Source of the DNA: Elainellaceae cyanobacterium
GTDB lineage: Bacteria > Cyanobacteriota > Cyanobacteriia > CAZCXK01
Reading direction: 5' to 3'
DNA: 29,955 nucleotides
NCBI GenBank assembly: GCA_051117555.1
Contig: JBNPEG010000076.1
Span: forward strand, 16,117 to 46,071
Under the pieces are notes generated by a model. The model made no database searches, was not told the DNA's origin, and saw only the letters and a list, made by a program, of their open reading frames with translations. A program made the translations under genes and the position numbers. This document shows, piece after piece, positions 7,794 through 19,900 of this stretch. Each line of letters starts with the position of its first letter. Position 1 is the stretch's first letter.

Positions 7794-8108
7794 ATGTTTG
7801 AAAGACTTCTATATACCCTTCATTGGCTCATTCACGTCATTCAGCCCATCATTTCACCCGTGTGCTTTGTACTGGCATGGGCGTTGATTTTGCTTGGAGC
7901 ATGGAGTGTCTGGTCAGCGCTGAGAGATAGCATCTCAAACGCAAAGCGCATGCATCAAATTCCCTGCGCAGACTGTCAGTTTTTTACTAATATCCATTAC
8001 CTTAAATGTCCAATTCATCCATCAACTGCTCTCTCTGAAGACGCAATTGGCTGCACTGATTTTGAGCCAGATACATCATCAGGATATCCGCCCCAAATAT
8101 CATCCTGA
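7794..8108 (+). CDS. Hypothetical membrane protein with a Cys/His-rich, possibly metal-binding C-terminus
   Basis: TM segment followed by HQIPCADCQFF...LKCPIHP...GCTDF. ATG 7794 preferred; GTG 7776 is an alternative. Confidence 0.8.
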   Translation: MFERLLYTLHWLIHVIQPIISPVCFVLAWALILLGAWSVWSALRDSISNAKRMHQIPCADCQFFTNIHYLKCPIHPSTALSEDAIGCTDFEPDTSSGYPPQISS

Positions 8109-8222
8109 TGACAGATATTTCTCCCCGGTGTCTTGTCAGGGTATATCGATAGATTGAGGCATCGTTATATGGTCTGACTGATGCTAAGTCATTCACTATC
8201 ACTATCGCGACTAGTAGATGAA

Positions 8223-8312
8223 TATAGCGGTATGCGCTTAGGTTAAGTACGGTGGTGTAGGGCGCGTCCCACACCACCGTTTCTATACTTGACGCAATTG
8301 CAAATTGCTATA
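8223..8312. repeat. TATAGC...GCTATA-bounded hairpin element, family C
   Basis: Ends TATAGCGGTATGC / GCAAATTGCTATA with a central perfect 10-bp IR ACGGTGGTGT/ACACCACCGT. An inverted relative lies at 29282-29344 and an end fragment at 25888-25903. Confidence 0.7.
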
Positions 8313-8350
8313 GATGAATAGATGAAGAAGATGAATGAAGAGGGATTCAA

Positions 8351-8725
8351 ATGCTGATTCGGAAGTTGCATGATTGCGATGAATTTGTCGCAGGTGACGG
8401 TACATTTTTAAGAGAATTACTGCACCCAGATAAACAGGCGATCGCTTTACGATATAGCCTCGCTCATGCCATCGTGCCGATTGGGCAAACTTCAGCTCCT
8501 CACTCCCTAAAAACATCTGAGGTTTACTACATTTTGAATGGCATTGGAGACATGCACATCGATAACGAAAGTCAATCTGTCGAACCTGGAGATGCAATTT
8601 ATATTCCTCCGAATGCCAGACAATTTATTCACAATAGCGGCTCGGTGCCGCTTATTTTTATTTGCATTGTCGACCCGGCATGGCGATTAGAAGACGAAAC
8701 TGTCTATCAAAATCCATCTCATTGA
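8351..8725 (+). CDS. Cupin domain protein
   Basis: Cupin motifs PHSLKTSEVYYILNGIG and VEPGDAIYIPPN. Confidence 0.9.
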   Translation: MLIRKLHDCDEFVAGDGTFLRELLHPDKQAIALRYSLAHAIVPIGQTSAPHSLKTSEVYYILNGIGDMHIDNESQSVEPGDAIYIPPNARQFIHNSGSVPLIFICIVDPAWRLEDETVYQNPSH

Positions 8726-8834
8726 TCCATCTCATTGAGAGTTAACCTAGATTTTCTAATTCCTGCCCAATCCTCGTCAAACCCCCAGATTCATGGATTT
8801 TTCGGCGTATCAAGTAGGCAACGACCCGGCAAAA

Positions 8835-8850
8835 TGTATCTCTGTATACA
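8835..8850 (+). promoter_or_regulatory. NtcA binding site upstream of amt1
   Basis: TGTA-TCTCTGTA-TACA is a perfect GTA-N8-TAC with an upstream A-tract. amt1 is an established NtcA target. Confidence 0.82.
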
Positions 8851-9125
8851 GAATTGAATTCATCAGAATTGGTGCAATCATTGCTAACGTCTGTTGCTCA
8901 CCTGATAATGGCTCGATATCAACTTTGGCCGTTACAGCCTATACAACAGGGCGTTGTGTCGGCTGATAGACCACATCTAGAGTAATTTCATGCTCTGTTG
9001 AGTCGAGTTCTCAATCTCTCTTCCATTGAGGTTGACATCAGTCCTAATCGCTCCTCCTATTCGAAAGATCCTGACGGCTCAATCTGAGTCGCTAGGCTTG
9101 TTTAACTTGATTCAAGGAACGTCCA

Positions 9126-10640
9126 GTGATGATGTCTAAATTAGTGCTCAAAAAGAAAAGGTTGAAGCGCAGGGGTAGACGAGCCAAGTCAACAGGTTTC
9201 GCGTCCCTGTCAACTGTGGATGCTTTTTTTGCAAGATTCTCTAAGTTTTCGCGCTTTCCCACAAGCTGGCTTGCTAGTATTCCTCTGGCAGTCCTGATTG
9301 TTGGAGCGTTCAGTTTGGCAGCTTCTGCTCAGGATGAACCTCTTTCTGCTGAGAGTGTTCAAGCGGTTCTCGACAATATCTGGGTTCTAGTTGCGGCGGT
9401 GCTAGTCATCTTCATGAATGCCGGATTTGGCATGTTGGAGACTGGCTTCTGTCGTCAAAAGAATGCAGTCAATATTCTCTCTAAGAACCTGATTGTGTTT
9501 GCCTTAGCAACTCTCGCCTTCTGGGCAATCGGGTTCTCGTTTATGTTCAATCCTGGCAATGCCTTTATTGGGGGCGGCGGCTGGTTCTTAACGGGCGATG
9601 CTGCTGCATATGGGTTAGACGGGGGCACTCTGACTATCCCTGTGTTTTTCCTCTTCCAGGCGGCGTTTGCGGGTACGGCAGCGACGATCGTGTCGGGTGC
9701 GGTTGCTGAGCGAGTTCATTTCGTTTCGTTTATCCTTTTCAGTCTCTTGCTAACCGGGATCTCATATCCAATCACAGGGCACTGGGTTTGGAGTGGAACC
9801 GGTTGGCTGGGTGCAGCTGGTTTCTCTGATTTTGCGGGTTCTACGGTGGTTCACTCCGTTGGCGGTTGGGCTGCACTCGTGGGTGCGGTACTGCTTGGTC
9901 CTCGGATTGGCAAATACCAAAATGGTCAGCCCAATGCGTTGCCGGGTCATAGCTTGAGCCTCGCAATGCTGGGATGTTTGATTCTCTGGATTGGCTGGTT
10001 TGGATTTAACCCCGGTTCTCAACTGGCGGCAGATTCTGCGGTGCCATTCATTGCAGTGACCACAAACCTAGCAGCAGCAGCAGGTGCTGTCGCTGCAACG
10101 GTCACGTCCTGGGTAACCTCAGGCAAGCCCGATCTGTCGATGATCATCAACGGTATCTTGGCAGGCTTAGTCGGTATTACGGCTGGCTGTGCAGGAGTTA
10201 ATTACTTGGGTGCTGTGATTATCGGGTTGATTGCAGGTATTATCGTCGTCTTCTCGGTCTTCTTCTTTGACAGCATCAAAGTAGATGACCCCGTCGGAGC
10301 CATCTCTGTTCACCTGGTTTGCGGTGTTTGGGGAACGTTGGCAGTCGGTTTGTTTGATGTTGAATCAGGGTTATTCTTCGGTGGTGGATTTACGCAATTA
10401 GGAGCACAGATCCTCGGAATCATTGCCATCGGAGCATTTACCGTCATTCTGTCAGCAATTTTCTGGTCTATCCTGAAAGCAACGGTTGGCATTCGTGTTT
10501 CTGAAGAAGACGAGCTGATGGGGCTGGATGTTGCCGAGCATGGCATGGAAGCTTACAGCGGCTTCGTGAAGGATGCAAGTGGTGCGGCAGGAAGCACGTC
10601 GAATGTTCCTGGTGGATCGGGTATGGCATCTACTCCGTAG
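9126..10640 (+). CDS. amt1: Ammonium transporter Amt1
   Basis: [44 protein letters not shown]. Basic N-terminal extension. The start may instead be ATG 9129 or 9132. Confidence 0.96.
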   Translation: MMMSKLVLKKKRLKRRGRRAKSTGFASLSTVDAFFARFSKFSRFPTSWLASIPLAVLIVGAFSLAASAQDEPLSAESVQAVLDNIWVLVAAVLVIFMNAGFGMLETGFCRQKNAVNILSKNLIVFALATLAFWAIGFSFMFNPGNAFIGGGGWFLTGDAAAYGLDGGTLTIPVFFLFQAAFAGTAATIVSGAVAERVHFVSFILFSLLLTGISYPITGHWVWSGTGWLGAAGFSDFAGSTVVHSVGGWAALVGAVLLGPRIGKYQNGQPNALPGHSLSLAMLGCLILWIGWFGFNPGSQLAADSAVPFIAVTTNLAAAAGAVAATVTSWVTSGKPDLSMIINGILAGLVGITAGCAGVNYLGAVIIGLIAGIIVVFSVFFFDSIKVDDPVGAISVHLVCGVWGTLAVGLFDVESGLFFGGGFTQLGAQILGIIAIGAFTVILSAIFWSILKATVGIRVSEEDELMGLDVAEHGMEAYSGFVKDASGAAGSTSNVPGGSGMASTP

Positions 10641-10781
10641 CATCCATTGGTGCAGATTGTTGGTTTACTTTTAATTCAGGCTGTTTACCTGAACCTGAGA
10701 GAGTCCTAATAGGATGATGCCTAGTGGGATAGGGCCTAAGGGGATAGCGTCTGATTAGAAGGAACTGACTCGATTAAATAT

Positions 10782-10828
10782 GCGGCATCCGTTGACATTT
10801 CAAATGTTCATGGATGACCGCATTTTTT
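10782..10828 (+). terminator. Probable amt1 terminator
   Basis: Imperfect long stem GCGGCATCCGTTGACATT...AATGTTCATGGATGACCGC followed by ATTTTTT. Confidence 0.55.
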
Positions 10829-10855
10829 AATCGCGCAAATTTAATCGCAAATTGC

Positions 10856-10912
10856 TATAGCCGTATGCCCTCGCGTTAGGACGTTGAACGTGTGTGAGCC
10901 CGTAGGGCCATA
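10856..10912 (-). repeat. Family B repeat, internally deleted copy
   Basis: The reverse complement TATGGCCCTACGGGCT-CACACACGTTCAACGTCCTAACGCGAGGGCATACGGCTATA equals the 7249 copy minus 33 nt. Confidence 0.75.
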
Positions 10913-10998
10913 TATGCAATACTGTAAATTTTTTAGGATTCTTTGAAAGAGTGATTTAAACTAATGCACGACTAGCGCACAGTAAGCAGGTAGGTTCG

Positions 10999-11925
10999 AT
11001 GAGCGATCGCCATTTAGGGCAAATTAAACGGTCTGCTGCTCGGTCATTTCGGTTTGCCATTACGTCATCAAAGCTGCGCCCGTTACTCAACTGGTGTTTA
11101 ATCGCCCTCGGAGCCAATGTCGTGCTGATCAGCGGGGCGATCGCGCTCTGGCTGAAAGATAGCCATTTTTCTGCGACCCCTGCGAGTTATGCATCAGCTC
11201 CTGCCCCGTCATCGCCGACTATCCCATTGCCGACTCAACCGTCGTCTATCCAATCATCGGAATCGTCCTCTCCTAGCGAACTAGGGCCTCGTCACCAGCT
11301 AAATTATCAAGAGTGGGTCATTCTCCTCGAACAAGAAGCGCAGGCAATGGCTGAAGACGCGCCTGAGCATCTCAATATTCTTCTTGGAGATTCATTAAGC
11401 CTTTGGTTTCCATTTGAGCTATTACCTCCTCAAAAAACCTGGCTCAACCAAGGCATTTCTGGAGAAATTTCGGCGGGCTTGCTCCAGCGACTCGATGCCA
11501 TCGAATCGACGCAGCCCGAAACAATCTTTGTCATGATTGGCATTAACGACTTGCTCAGAAATATCAGCGACGAAACGGTGCTGGCTAATCAAGCGTTGAT
11601 TTTGCAAGAGTTAAGAGACATGCATCCTGATGCGCAGATTGTGATGCAATCAATCTTGCCCCATGCAGGGAATCAGGCGACGTGGGAAGGGCGTGAACAA
11701 CTGGTTGATGTTCCTAATCAGCGCATTCAGGATTTAAATGCTCGCATTGAGGCGATCGCCCGCCAGAGAGATATTTATTTTCTCGATCTCTATCCCCTCT
11801 TTAGCGACGACCAGGGCGACTTACGCCCAGACCTGACCACAGACGGTCTACACCTCAACGATCGGGGCTACCTTGTGTGGCGATCGGCGCTATTGCTCTA
11901 TGAACAATTGGAGTTAGAGAGCTAA
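10999..11925 (+). CDS. SGNH/GDSL family hydrolase (lysophospholipase L1-like), membrane anchored
   Basis: LLGDSL, NQGISG, MIGINDL and TTDGLHLN blocks, plus an N-terminal TM and Ser/Pro linker. Confidence 0.92.
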   Translation: MSDRHLGQIKRSAARSFRFAITSSKLRPLLNWCLIALGANVVLISGAIALWLKDSHFSATPASYASAPAPSSPTIPLPTQPSSIQSSESSSPSELGPRHQLNYQEWVILLEQEAQAMAEDAPEHLNILLGDSLSLWFPFELLPPQKTWLNQGISGEISAGLLQRLDAIESTQPETIFVMIGINDLLRNISDETVLANQALILQELRDMHPDAQIVMQSILPHAGNQATWEGREQLVDVPNQRIQDLNARIEAIARQRDIYFLDLYPLFSDDQGDLRPDLTTDGLHLNDRGYLVWRSALLLYEQLELES

Positions 11926-12008
11926 TCGGCTAATTGCTAATCGCTATCAGCCATCAGCTATCAGCTTTTCGTTGAGTGCTAACCGCTGACCGCTACGTGC
12001 TATCTGCT
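11921..12008. repeat. STRR-like heptamer tandem repeats (GCTAATC/GCTATCA/GCTAACC variants)
   Basis: About ten degenerate 7-mers starting GC(T/C) in two runs between the SGNH gene and ispH. Confidence 0.6.
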
Positions 12009-12102
12009 CCAGAGCATGTCATTATTGTTTGCAGAACCTTAGCACCTCACACTTTGGTAGGCTAAAAACAAGTTAATATTGATTTCTATTCAAAGGTCAG
12101 AC

Positions 12103-13311
12103 ATGGATACAAAAGCGTTTAAGCGATCGCTCAATCAGTCTGAAAAGTATTATCGAAAAGGGTTTGGTCATGATGCCGACGTGTCGGGTGTCATGGACAC
12201 TGAATATAAAAGTAATTTGATTCAAGAGATTCGTGACAACCAGTACACCCTAACGCGCGGTGATGTCACGATCCGACTGGCTGAGGCATTTGGCTTCTGT
12301 TGGGGGGTTGAGCGAGCGGTTGCTATGGCGTATGAAACTCGCCAGCACTTTCCCTCCGAACGCATTTGGATTACGAATGAAATCATTCACAACCCGTCGG
12401 TGAATCAGCGTCTCCGTGAGATGAATGTGGGATTTATTCCGGTGGAAGACAGCATCAAAGATTTTTCGGTTGTCGATCAAGGCGATGTGGTGATTCTTCC
12501 GGCCTTTGGCGCTAGCGTCCAAGAAATGGAGTTTCTCAACGATAACGGATGCACCATTGTAGACACGACTTGCCCGTGGGTTTCCAAGGTTTGGAACTCG
12601 GTCGAAAAGCACAAGAAAAAGGAGTTTACCTCCATTATTCACGGCAAATATAAGCATGAAGAAACCGTGGCAACCAGCTCCTTTGCAGGCACGTATCTTG
12701 TAGTTCTGAATATGCAGGAAGCCGAATACGTGTGTGATTATATTCTCAATGGCGGCGATCGCGACGAGTTTATGGCAAAGTTTGGTCACGCGTGTTCAGA
12801 TGGGTTTGACCCGGACAAAGATTTGGTTCACCTTGGCATTGCCAACCAGACCACAATGCTGAAAGGGGAAACCGAGCAGATTGGCAAGCTATTTGAGCGT
12901 ACCTTGATCAAGAAATATGGTCCTGCAGCGGTCAACGGGCATTTTATGAGTTTCAACACCATTTGCGATGCGACTCAAGAAAGGCAAGATGCCATGTATG
13001 AGCTGGTCGAGCATCCTCTTGACCTCATGGTCGTCATTGGCGGCTATAACTCATCTAATACGACCCATCTCCAAGAGATTGCAATTGAGCACGGGATTCC
13101 TTCCTATCACATCGATAGCGCGGCGCGGATTGGGTCTGACAATCAAGTCGAACATAAGCCCCTTAATCAAGATCTGGAGATTCAAGACCATTGGTTGCCT
13201 GAGGGCAAAATCGTAGTCGGCGTTACGTCTGGGGCTTCGACGCCTGATCGAGTTGTGTCTGATGTCATTGAGAAAATCTTTGAGCTCAAAGGAGCCGTGG
13301 CGATCGCCTAA
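12103..13311 (+). CDS. ispH: 4-hydroxy-3-methylbut-2-enyl diphosphate reductase
   Basis: [10 protein letters not shown] cyanobacterial start, [46 protein letters not shown]. Confidence 0.97.
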   Translation: MDTKAFKRSLNQSEKYYRKGFGHDADVSGVMDTEYKSNLIQEIRDNQYTLTRGDVTIRLAEAFGFCWGVERAVAMAYETRQHFPSERIWITNEIIHNPSVNQRLREMNVGFIPVEDSIKDFSVVDQGDVVILPAFGASVQEMEFLNDNGCTIVDTTCPWVSKVWNSVEKHKKKEFTSIIHGKYKHEETVATSSFAGTYLVVLNMQEAEYVCDYILNGGDRDEFMAKFGHACSDGFDPDKDLVHLGIANQTTMLKGETEQIGKLFERTLIKKYGPAAVNGHFMSFNTICDATQERQDAMYELVEHPLDLMVVIGGYNSSNTTHLQEIAIEHGIPSYHIDSAARIGSDNQVEHKPLNQDLEIQDHWLPEGKIVVGVTSGASTPDRVVSDVIEKIFELKGAVAIA

Positions 13312-13343
13312 ATAATTGCCTGGTTGTCCCTTAAGCTCTGTGG

Positions 13344-13979
13344 TTACCTTGTTCCAAAGAGGCGATCGCCCGCATCGCCTACACCTGGGATAATGTAGCC
13401 GTGTTTATCAAGCTTCTCATCGACAGCAGCCGTATAGATTGGCACATCGGGATGCTGCTCATGAAAGTGTTGAATCCCTTCTGGAGCGGCTAGTAAGCAG
13501 ATAAATTTGATTGACTTGGGTCGTGTTTCTTTAAGGCGACCCACCGCCGCTACCGCTGAATTTCCTGTTGCTAGCATCGGGTCAACCACCAGCATGTCCC
13601 GGTCTTCTACATCATGGGGAACTTTGAAATAGTACTCAATCACAACCAGAGTCCTTGGATCGCGATACAGCCCGATGTGCCCCACTCGCGCCGATGGCAT
13701 TAGCTCTAGCATGCCGTCTAAGATTCCCTGCCCTGCCCGCATGATAGAGACAATCACCATCTTTTTATCAGGCGCTAACACAGGCGCATCCATCGATGCC
13801 AGGGGAGTTTCAATCGGTTCTAGCTTGAGCGGTAAATCACGAGTGACTTCATAGGCCAGCAACATGCTGATTTCTTTAAGAAGGGCTCGAAATTTAGCCG
13901 TACTGGTTTCAGCACGCCGCATGAGCGTTAATTTGTGTTGGATCAGTGGATGATTGATAACAATAACCTCGGAGGCCAT
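13344..13979 (-). CDS. upp: Uracil phosphoribosyltransferase
   Basis: [46 protein letters not shown]. Start placed at ATG 13979. Confidence 0.96.
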   Translation of the reverse strand: MASEVIVINHPLIQHKLTLMRRAETSTAKFRALLKEISMLLAYEVTRDLPLKLEPIETPLASMDAPVLAPDKKMVIVSIMRAGQGILDGMLELMPSARVGHIGLYRDPRTLVVIEYYFKVPHDVEDRDMLVVDPMLATGNSAVAAVGRLKETRPKSIKFICLLAAPEGIQHFHEQHPDVPIYTAAVDEKLDKHGYIIPGVGDAGDRLFGTR

Positions 13980-14151
13980 AAGCGGGTATTTCAATCCATA
14001 ACGGGGTACAGCGTTTGCTGAACCTGCCTCAATACCTGTTAAAGTAATGAACTCAGGCTGCGGGTTGGCTATGCCCAATTGTAAAGGGCAAACCCATCTG
14101 TGCTGCGTCCAGTGCTCCTTAATTTCTGCTCATTTTCAATGTCGCTGACCT

Positions 14152-15072
14152 ATGGCAACCCTATCTAGTGTTCATGTCACCGTGCCCGCGACCACTGCAA
14201 ATATAGGGCCTGGGTTTGATTGTTTAGGAGCAGCATTAACCCTCTATAACCGCTTTCGATTTTCTCTCCTGCCAGGTTCTGAATCGTTAACCATTGAAGC
14301 ATCCGGCTCGGATGCAGCAGGCGTTGCCACCGACGCTAGCAACCTTGCCTATCGAGCATTTTCAGAGGTCTATCACCGTACAGGCAAGTCGGTTCCAGCA
14401 GTCAAGATAGGTATCGAATTGGGAGTTCCCTTGGCACGAGGCTTGGGAAGTTCGGCAACCGCCATCATTGGAGGTTTGGTGGGTGCCAATGCCCTGCTGG
14501 GTTCTCCGCTTTGCCCGACAGAGGTGATGCAACTGGCGATCGCCATTGAAGGACATCCTGACAATGTGGTTCCAGCCCTGTTAGGGGGGTGTCAACTAAC
14601 CGTTGCCTCCGATCAAAACCAGCCCATCATCTGCGCTATTCCTTGGCAAGACGACATTTCCCCGATCTTGGCAGTGCCAAATTTTGAGCTGTCAACCTCT
14701 GCCGCCCGGCGTGTGCTCCCGGATCATTACAGCCGAGCCGATGCCATCTTCAATACGGCTCATTTGGGGCTGCTGATTCGAGGGCTTGAGGCAGGTCACG
14801 TCGAGTGGTTGCGGGCTGCCTTGCACGATCGCATCCACCAACCCTATCGATACACCTTAATTCCCGGCTATTCGGCTGTGTATGAGGCGGCTCTATCAGC
14901 GGGTGCTTATGGATTAGTGATCAGCGGCGCTGGACCGACGCTGCTTGTCCTTGCCCACAGCGATCAGGGGACTGCAATCGAGATGGCGATCGCCCAAACG
15001 TGGGCAAATTACGACGTTCGGGCACAGTTTTATCACCTCAAACTCGACACCCAGGGCGCTGTCATAAAGTAA
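14152..15072 (+). CDS. thrB: Homoserine kinase
   Basis: [26 protein letters not shown] (GHMP motif), [14 protein letters not shown]. Confidence 0.97.
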   Translation: MATLSSVHVTVPATTANIGPGFDCLGAALTLYNRFRFSLLPGSESLTIEASGSDAAGVATDASNLAYRAFSEVYHRTGKSVPAVKIGIELGVPLARGLGSSATAIIGGLVGANALLGSPLCPTEVMQLAIAIEGHPDNVVPALLGGCQLTVASDQNQPIICAIPWQDDISPILAVPNFELSTSAARRVLPDHYSRADAIFNTAHLGLLIRGLEAGHVEWLRAALHDRIHQPYRYTLIPGYSAVYEAALSAGAYGLVISGAGPTLLVLAHSDQGTAIEMAIAQTWANYDVRAQFYHLKLDTQGAVIK

Positions 15073-15580
15073 CCACATCGATTTGCTTAAATCAATACTG
15101 ATTTTTATCTCGATTTTTCAAGAACTGATACAGAATTGTTAAGCAAAATTTTTAAGAAAAAGCTCTAGAAGTGTTATACATCGACCGCTTTGGCGATTCA
15201 TTGAAAATACTAACTCTACCCAATAGTCATTAAGTCTTCTTGCGAATCCAGTCGCGATTTAGGGGGGCTGATGTTCAATAAAAGTAGTGAGAGAAATCCT
15301 ATACATTCACTATGGTGATTGATGTACAGCAGGTGTTTGCTGTGCAGACATAAGGTCATAAGCCACATCAGAAATATCCACGCTAGAAACGGTTTATGCA
15401 ACATAGGGGCATTTGTCGAGTCTAATTAGCAGACCCGCACCATTAGCCATCCAGCATTGATTTCTACCATTGTCTAATGGCAGTAACTTCCCCATAGCAG
15501 ACGCGACGCAATACGCCCGTATCCCTTTCATTACCGTATTTGTAGGCCATTCACATTTAATTCATTACCCATTTAAGATC

Positions 15581-15889
15581 ATGAACTGGTATTCACAACT
15601 CACGCGATTAATCTTAGATTTTTATCGAGAAGACCCGCTGGAGTGTCAGCAAATTAGAGCATTGCCAAGCTGTCGGCTGTCGAGATGGTGGGGAGTGTTA
15701 CGCATCAACTGCCGCGATCGCGAAACCGCTGAGTCCCTGGTTGCAGCGGCTGCCATTTTGAGAGAACCCATTGCTCAATTACGCCTTGCCCAGCGCATCA
15801 AGATTTTAGTCAACGGGTCACTCTTTCGAGTCTTGCCCGTCAATGTCTCCAATTCTGACCAGAAACAGCCTGGCAACTATCAATCCTAG
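15581..15889 (+). CDS. Hypothetical protein (102 aa)
   Basis: ATG 15581 gives MNWYSQLTRLILDFYREDP...LREPIAQLRLAQRIKILVNG. Protein-like composition and an internal HIP1 site. Confidence 0.7.
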   Translation: MNWYSQLTRLILDFYREDPLECQQIRALPSCRLSRWWGVLRINCRDRETAESLVAAAAILREPIAQLRLAQRIKILVNGSLFRVLPVNVSNSDQKQPGNYQS

Positions 15890-16020
15890 GCATCTCTATA
15901 GAAAGAACCGAGATCGCTGCACTAGATTACACAAAATTTTGACGATTCACGAGCTGAATGCTCCATTGCCTGTTGCCTGGTACTAAGTATGTGGACATAA
16001 ATACATAAAAAAATGGTGCT

Positions 16021-16192
16021 GTAGGGTGCTGTTAGGCGTAGCCGTAATGCACCGCTCCACAAGGCTGAAACTCTTGAACCCGGTGCGTTACGCTGCGCTG
16101 ACGCTGCGCTAACAGCACCCTACCAATGCATTATTTTAGCTGTGCCACGCCAGTAGGGTGCTGTTAGGAGTAGCTGTAACCTATCGCTCCAC
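16021..16192. repeat. GTAG-type REP cluster (REPIN-like inverted pair plus a third copy)
   Basis: GTAGGGTGCTGTTAG at 16021 and 16153 (two similar 40-bp units) and the inverted CTAACAGCACCCTAC ending at 16123. Confidence 0.78.
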
Positions 16193-16327
16193 TATTAGGT
16201 AAGACAATTCTTATCTGGGTCTCAGCTAATTGATATTGAAACTCCTTAAAATTATCTCTAATCAGCGTTTGTCGAACCCGTAAGGTTCGTTCATATCCAT
16301 TAGTGCGAAGAGGTCGACGTTAATACC

Positions 16328-16738
16328 ATGAACAGCATTAGTACCCGACTCCCGCTTTGCCTTTTGCTAATGAGATTAGGCGTGTTTCTCGTCATGCTGA
16401 TGTGGACGCTTGATAAGTTTATTAACCCAAGCCACGCGGCAGCAGTTTTTGAGACATTCTATTTTATTGGTGGATTAGGAAATCCGTTGATTTACTTGAT
16501 TGGCGCAATTCAACTTGTTATTGTGATTGCCTTCGTAGCCGGGTTTAAGAAAAAGTTTAGCTACGCAGCAATCTTGTTTCTCCACACGATTTCTACGGTT
16601 ACGCCACTTCAGAAATATCTCAATCCTTATGCAGACGCCAACCTGCTCTTTTTTGCCGCGTGGCCGATGCTGGCAGCCTGTTTCACGCTGTTCTATCTCA
16701 GAGACTGGGATACTCTGTGGGCGATCGACTCAAAATAG
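16328..16738 (+). CDS. DoxX-like small membrane protein
   Basis: LLLMRLGVFLVMLMWTLDKF start, four TM helices, 136 aa. Confidence 0.75.
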   Translation: MNSISTRLPLCLLLMRLGVFLVMLMWTLDKFINPSHAAAVFETFYFIGGLGNPLIYLIGAIQLVIVIAFVAGFKKKFSYAAILFLHTISTVTPLQKYLNPYADANLLFFAAWPMLAACFTLFYLRDWDTLWAIDSK

Positions 16739-16914
16739 TTCATCTTAGGAATAGGGGCAAATCTTAGCTGATCGTGAATATTGATTGAGAAAACTAGATC
16801 GGCCTGCTATGGTATCCAATATTCACTAAACTCTTGAGACCAGAAAAGCTGTAAAGCGTTGATTAACTCTCTTGTCAAGAGCGCTCTATTGAGGCTATCT
16901 GTCTCCTTCGACCT

Positions 16915-19900
16915 GTGTTAAAGCCTGCACTTAACCAGATTCAGCGATGGTCTAAGCGAGTGCCCATTCGGGCTGTTCTCGTCGTACCGTTTATTTTGCA
17001 AATTTCAGCCATTGTTGGAATCACGGGTTGGCTATCGTGGCGGAATGGGCAAGAGGCGATTCACAACATTGCAAGTGAGCTTGAAGATGAGGTTTCTCAG
17101 CGCATCGAGCAAAAACTTGAGAGCCATCTAGGAATTCCTCATCTCGCCAACCAGATTAACGCGAATGCTGTCCAGCTTGATTTAATTAGCCTGGATGCGG
17201 TTACTGAGCTAGACACCTATTTTTGGACCCAGCTAACCGATCAATTTCCTGAGCTGAGTTATGTCGCACTTGGCACCCAAGAGGGCGAATATGCCGGAGC
17301 ACAGCGGCTAGATGATGGAGAAGTGGTTCTTGATATTTTAGAACAGTCTCCAATGCGCAGCCTCAACATGTGGCAAGTTGATAATCAGGGAAATCGACTT
17401 CTGCTGACTAAAACCAGCCCTAACTATGATCCCAGGCAGCGTCCTTGGTATACCGTTGCCGTTGAAGCAGGGAAGCCCGTTTGGACTGACATCTACTCCT
17501 ACTTCACCAATCAGCGCTTAGCCATTTCGGCCAATCAACCGATTTATGACGAAAACGGCACGCTATTAGGAGTAGCGAGCGCAGACTTGACCCTTTCTCA
17601 GATCAGCGAATTTTTACGCGACCTCAAAATTGGCAAAACGGGTCAGACCTTCATCATCGAGCGATCGGGGTTGCTGATCGCGACATCCACGGCTGAAAAA
17701 CCGTTCCGCCAGGTAGACGGCAGCGATGAGCAAGAACGTGTCTCCGCGGTAGATAGCCAAAATATGCTCACAGGGGCAACCGCTGCATATCTAGTTGAAA
17801 AATTTGGCGATTTCACGCACATTTCAGACCCTCAGCAACTCGACTTTGAGCTTGATGGTAACCAGCAATTCTTGCGGGTCATGCCGTTCCGCGATGGGCG
17901 CGGCATCAATTGGTTGATCGTTGTGGTTGTTCCGGAGTCTGACTTCACCGCGAAGATTGATGCCAATACTCGGACGACGGTCATTTTATGTTTGATCGCG
18001 CTTATGGTTGCAAGCGTCATCGGCATTATTACCTCCGACTGGATCACTCGACCTATTTTGCGGCTTAGTGAGGCGAGTCAGGCGATCGCCGCTGGCAAGC
18101 TTGATCAAACGGTTGAACTGGATCGAGAAGACGAACTCGGCATTTTGGCTCGTTCGTTCAATCAGATGGCGAGCCAGCTCCGTGACTCATTTACAACCCT
18201 TGCAAAACGAGCCCAAGAGCTTGAAGACCGCGTCCGCGACAGAACGTCGCATCTGGTTGAGGCCAATCATCAGCTTCAAAATCAAATTGAAGAGCGTAAG
18301 CGAGTCGCAGAACGCCTTCGCGTCTCTGAACAGAAATATCGGGCTCTCCACGAAGGGATTCAGGACGCTGTCAATCTGTTTGATAATCGTGTGTTTGTCG
18401 AATGCAACACCGCCACCCTAGACATCTTTGGATGTTCATCAAAGGATGAGTTTTGTGGCAAAACTCCCGTTGATTTCTCCCCAGCCTATCAGCCCGATGG
18501 ACAAAGCTCGGCAGAGTTGTCAAAGCAGTATAATGAAGCCGCTCTGCGGGATGGCACCCGCAATTTTGAATGGGTGCATACCCGCCTTGACGGCAGTGAG
18601 TTTTGGGCTGAGGTGTGGCTGACCTCCGTTGAAATTCAAGGAAATATGATGCTGCAAGCTGTCGTTCGGGATATTACCGAACGCAAGCAAGCTGAATCAG
18701 CGCTGCGCGAACGGGCAAAACTTGCGGCCTTGGGAGCAAATATTGGCATTGCGCTTACTCAAGGCGATACGCTTCAGGACATGATGGGGCGGTGCGCCAG
18801 CGCGCTAGTCAACCACCTGGATGTCTCGGTTGCTCTAATTTGGACGCTGAATGAGGCAGATGAGGTCTTAACTCTCCAGGCGATCGCCGGGCATTATCCC
18901 AAGACTCATTCGCATCAGACAATTCCCCTCGATCAGCAGCCCATCGGGTCGATTGCTCAGCATCATCAGGGATGTTTGATCAGCGATACCGCTCAGATGC
19001 CATTGGTTCATGATCCAGACTGGCTAAACCAAGAAAATATTGTTGCCTTTATCGGGCATCCGCTTGTGGTTGAAGATCGAGCAGTCGGCGTGATGGCAGC
19101 CTTTGCCCATAAAACGCTCACCGAAGCAACTCTGCAAGAAATCACGTCAATCGCCAACGAAATCGCCCTCGGCATCGACCATAAACTCTCAGAAGAAGCC
19201 CTTCAAGAGAGTGAAGTTCGATTTCGTGCCACCTTCGATCAAGCCGCAGTCGGAATCGCACACGTTAATCGTCAGGGGCAGTGGCTGCGACTCAACCAAC
19301 GCTATTGCGACATTTTGGGGTATACCCAAGATGAGCTGTTGCAGCTTACCTTCCAAGATGTGACTCACCCGGATGACCGGAGCCTCGATCACTACCAAAA
19401 GCTCTGGGATGGCGAGATCACCGATTTTACAGGCGAAAAACGCTATATCCGCAACGATGGCTCAGAGGTATGGGTCGCATTGACCGATGCCCTGGTTCGC
19501 AGCCCGACGGGCGAACCGAAATATGTGGTGGCGGTAGTCGAAGACATTAGCGATCGCAAAGCTGCGGAAGCCGAACTGCAACAGGCAAAAGATGCTGCCG
19601 AAGCGGCAAGTCGAGCAAAGAGCGAATTTTTGGCCAACATGAGTCACGAACTCAGAACCCCACTTAACGGCATTTTGGGGTACGCTCAGATTCTCAATCG
19701 AGCCAGCAATCTCAATGCTCAACAGCACGACAATTTGCGGATTATTCATCACTGTGGAGACCATCTGCTGACCCTCATCAACGATATTCTCGATCTCTCA
19801 AAAATCGAAGCCCGCAAGATGGAGCTCCATGTGAGTGAGTTTGCGTTTGCAGACTTCCTCAAGAGCATCGTCGAAATCTTTCGACTGCGGGCTCAGCAAA

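Noticed and set aside
8880..9125. Glutamine riboswitch upstream of amt1
   Set aside because: AAGGAACG is present, but the CGTT...GGAAGTA core is not recognisable. It is more likely the RBS.
13980..14078. N-terminal extension of upp from TTG 14078
   Set aside because: Family similarity begins at ATG 13979. The extension lies in the divergent upp/thrB promoter region.
16021..16192. CRISPR array
   Set aside because: Only three units, one of them inverted, no regular spacers and no cas genes. It fits a REP cluster.
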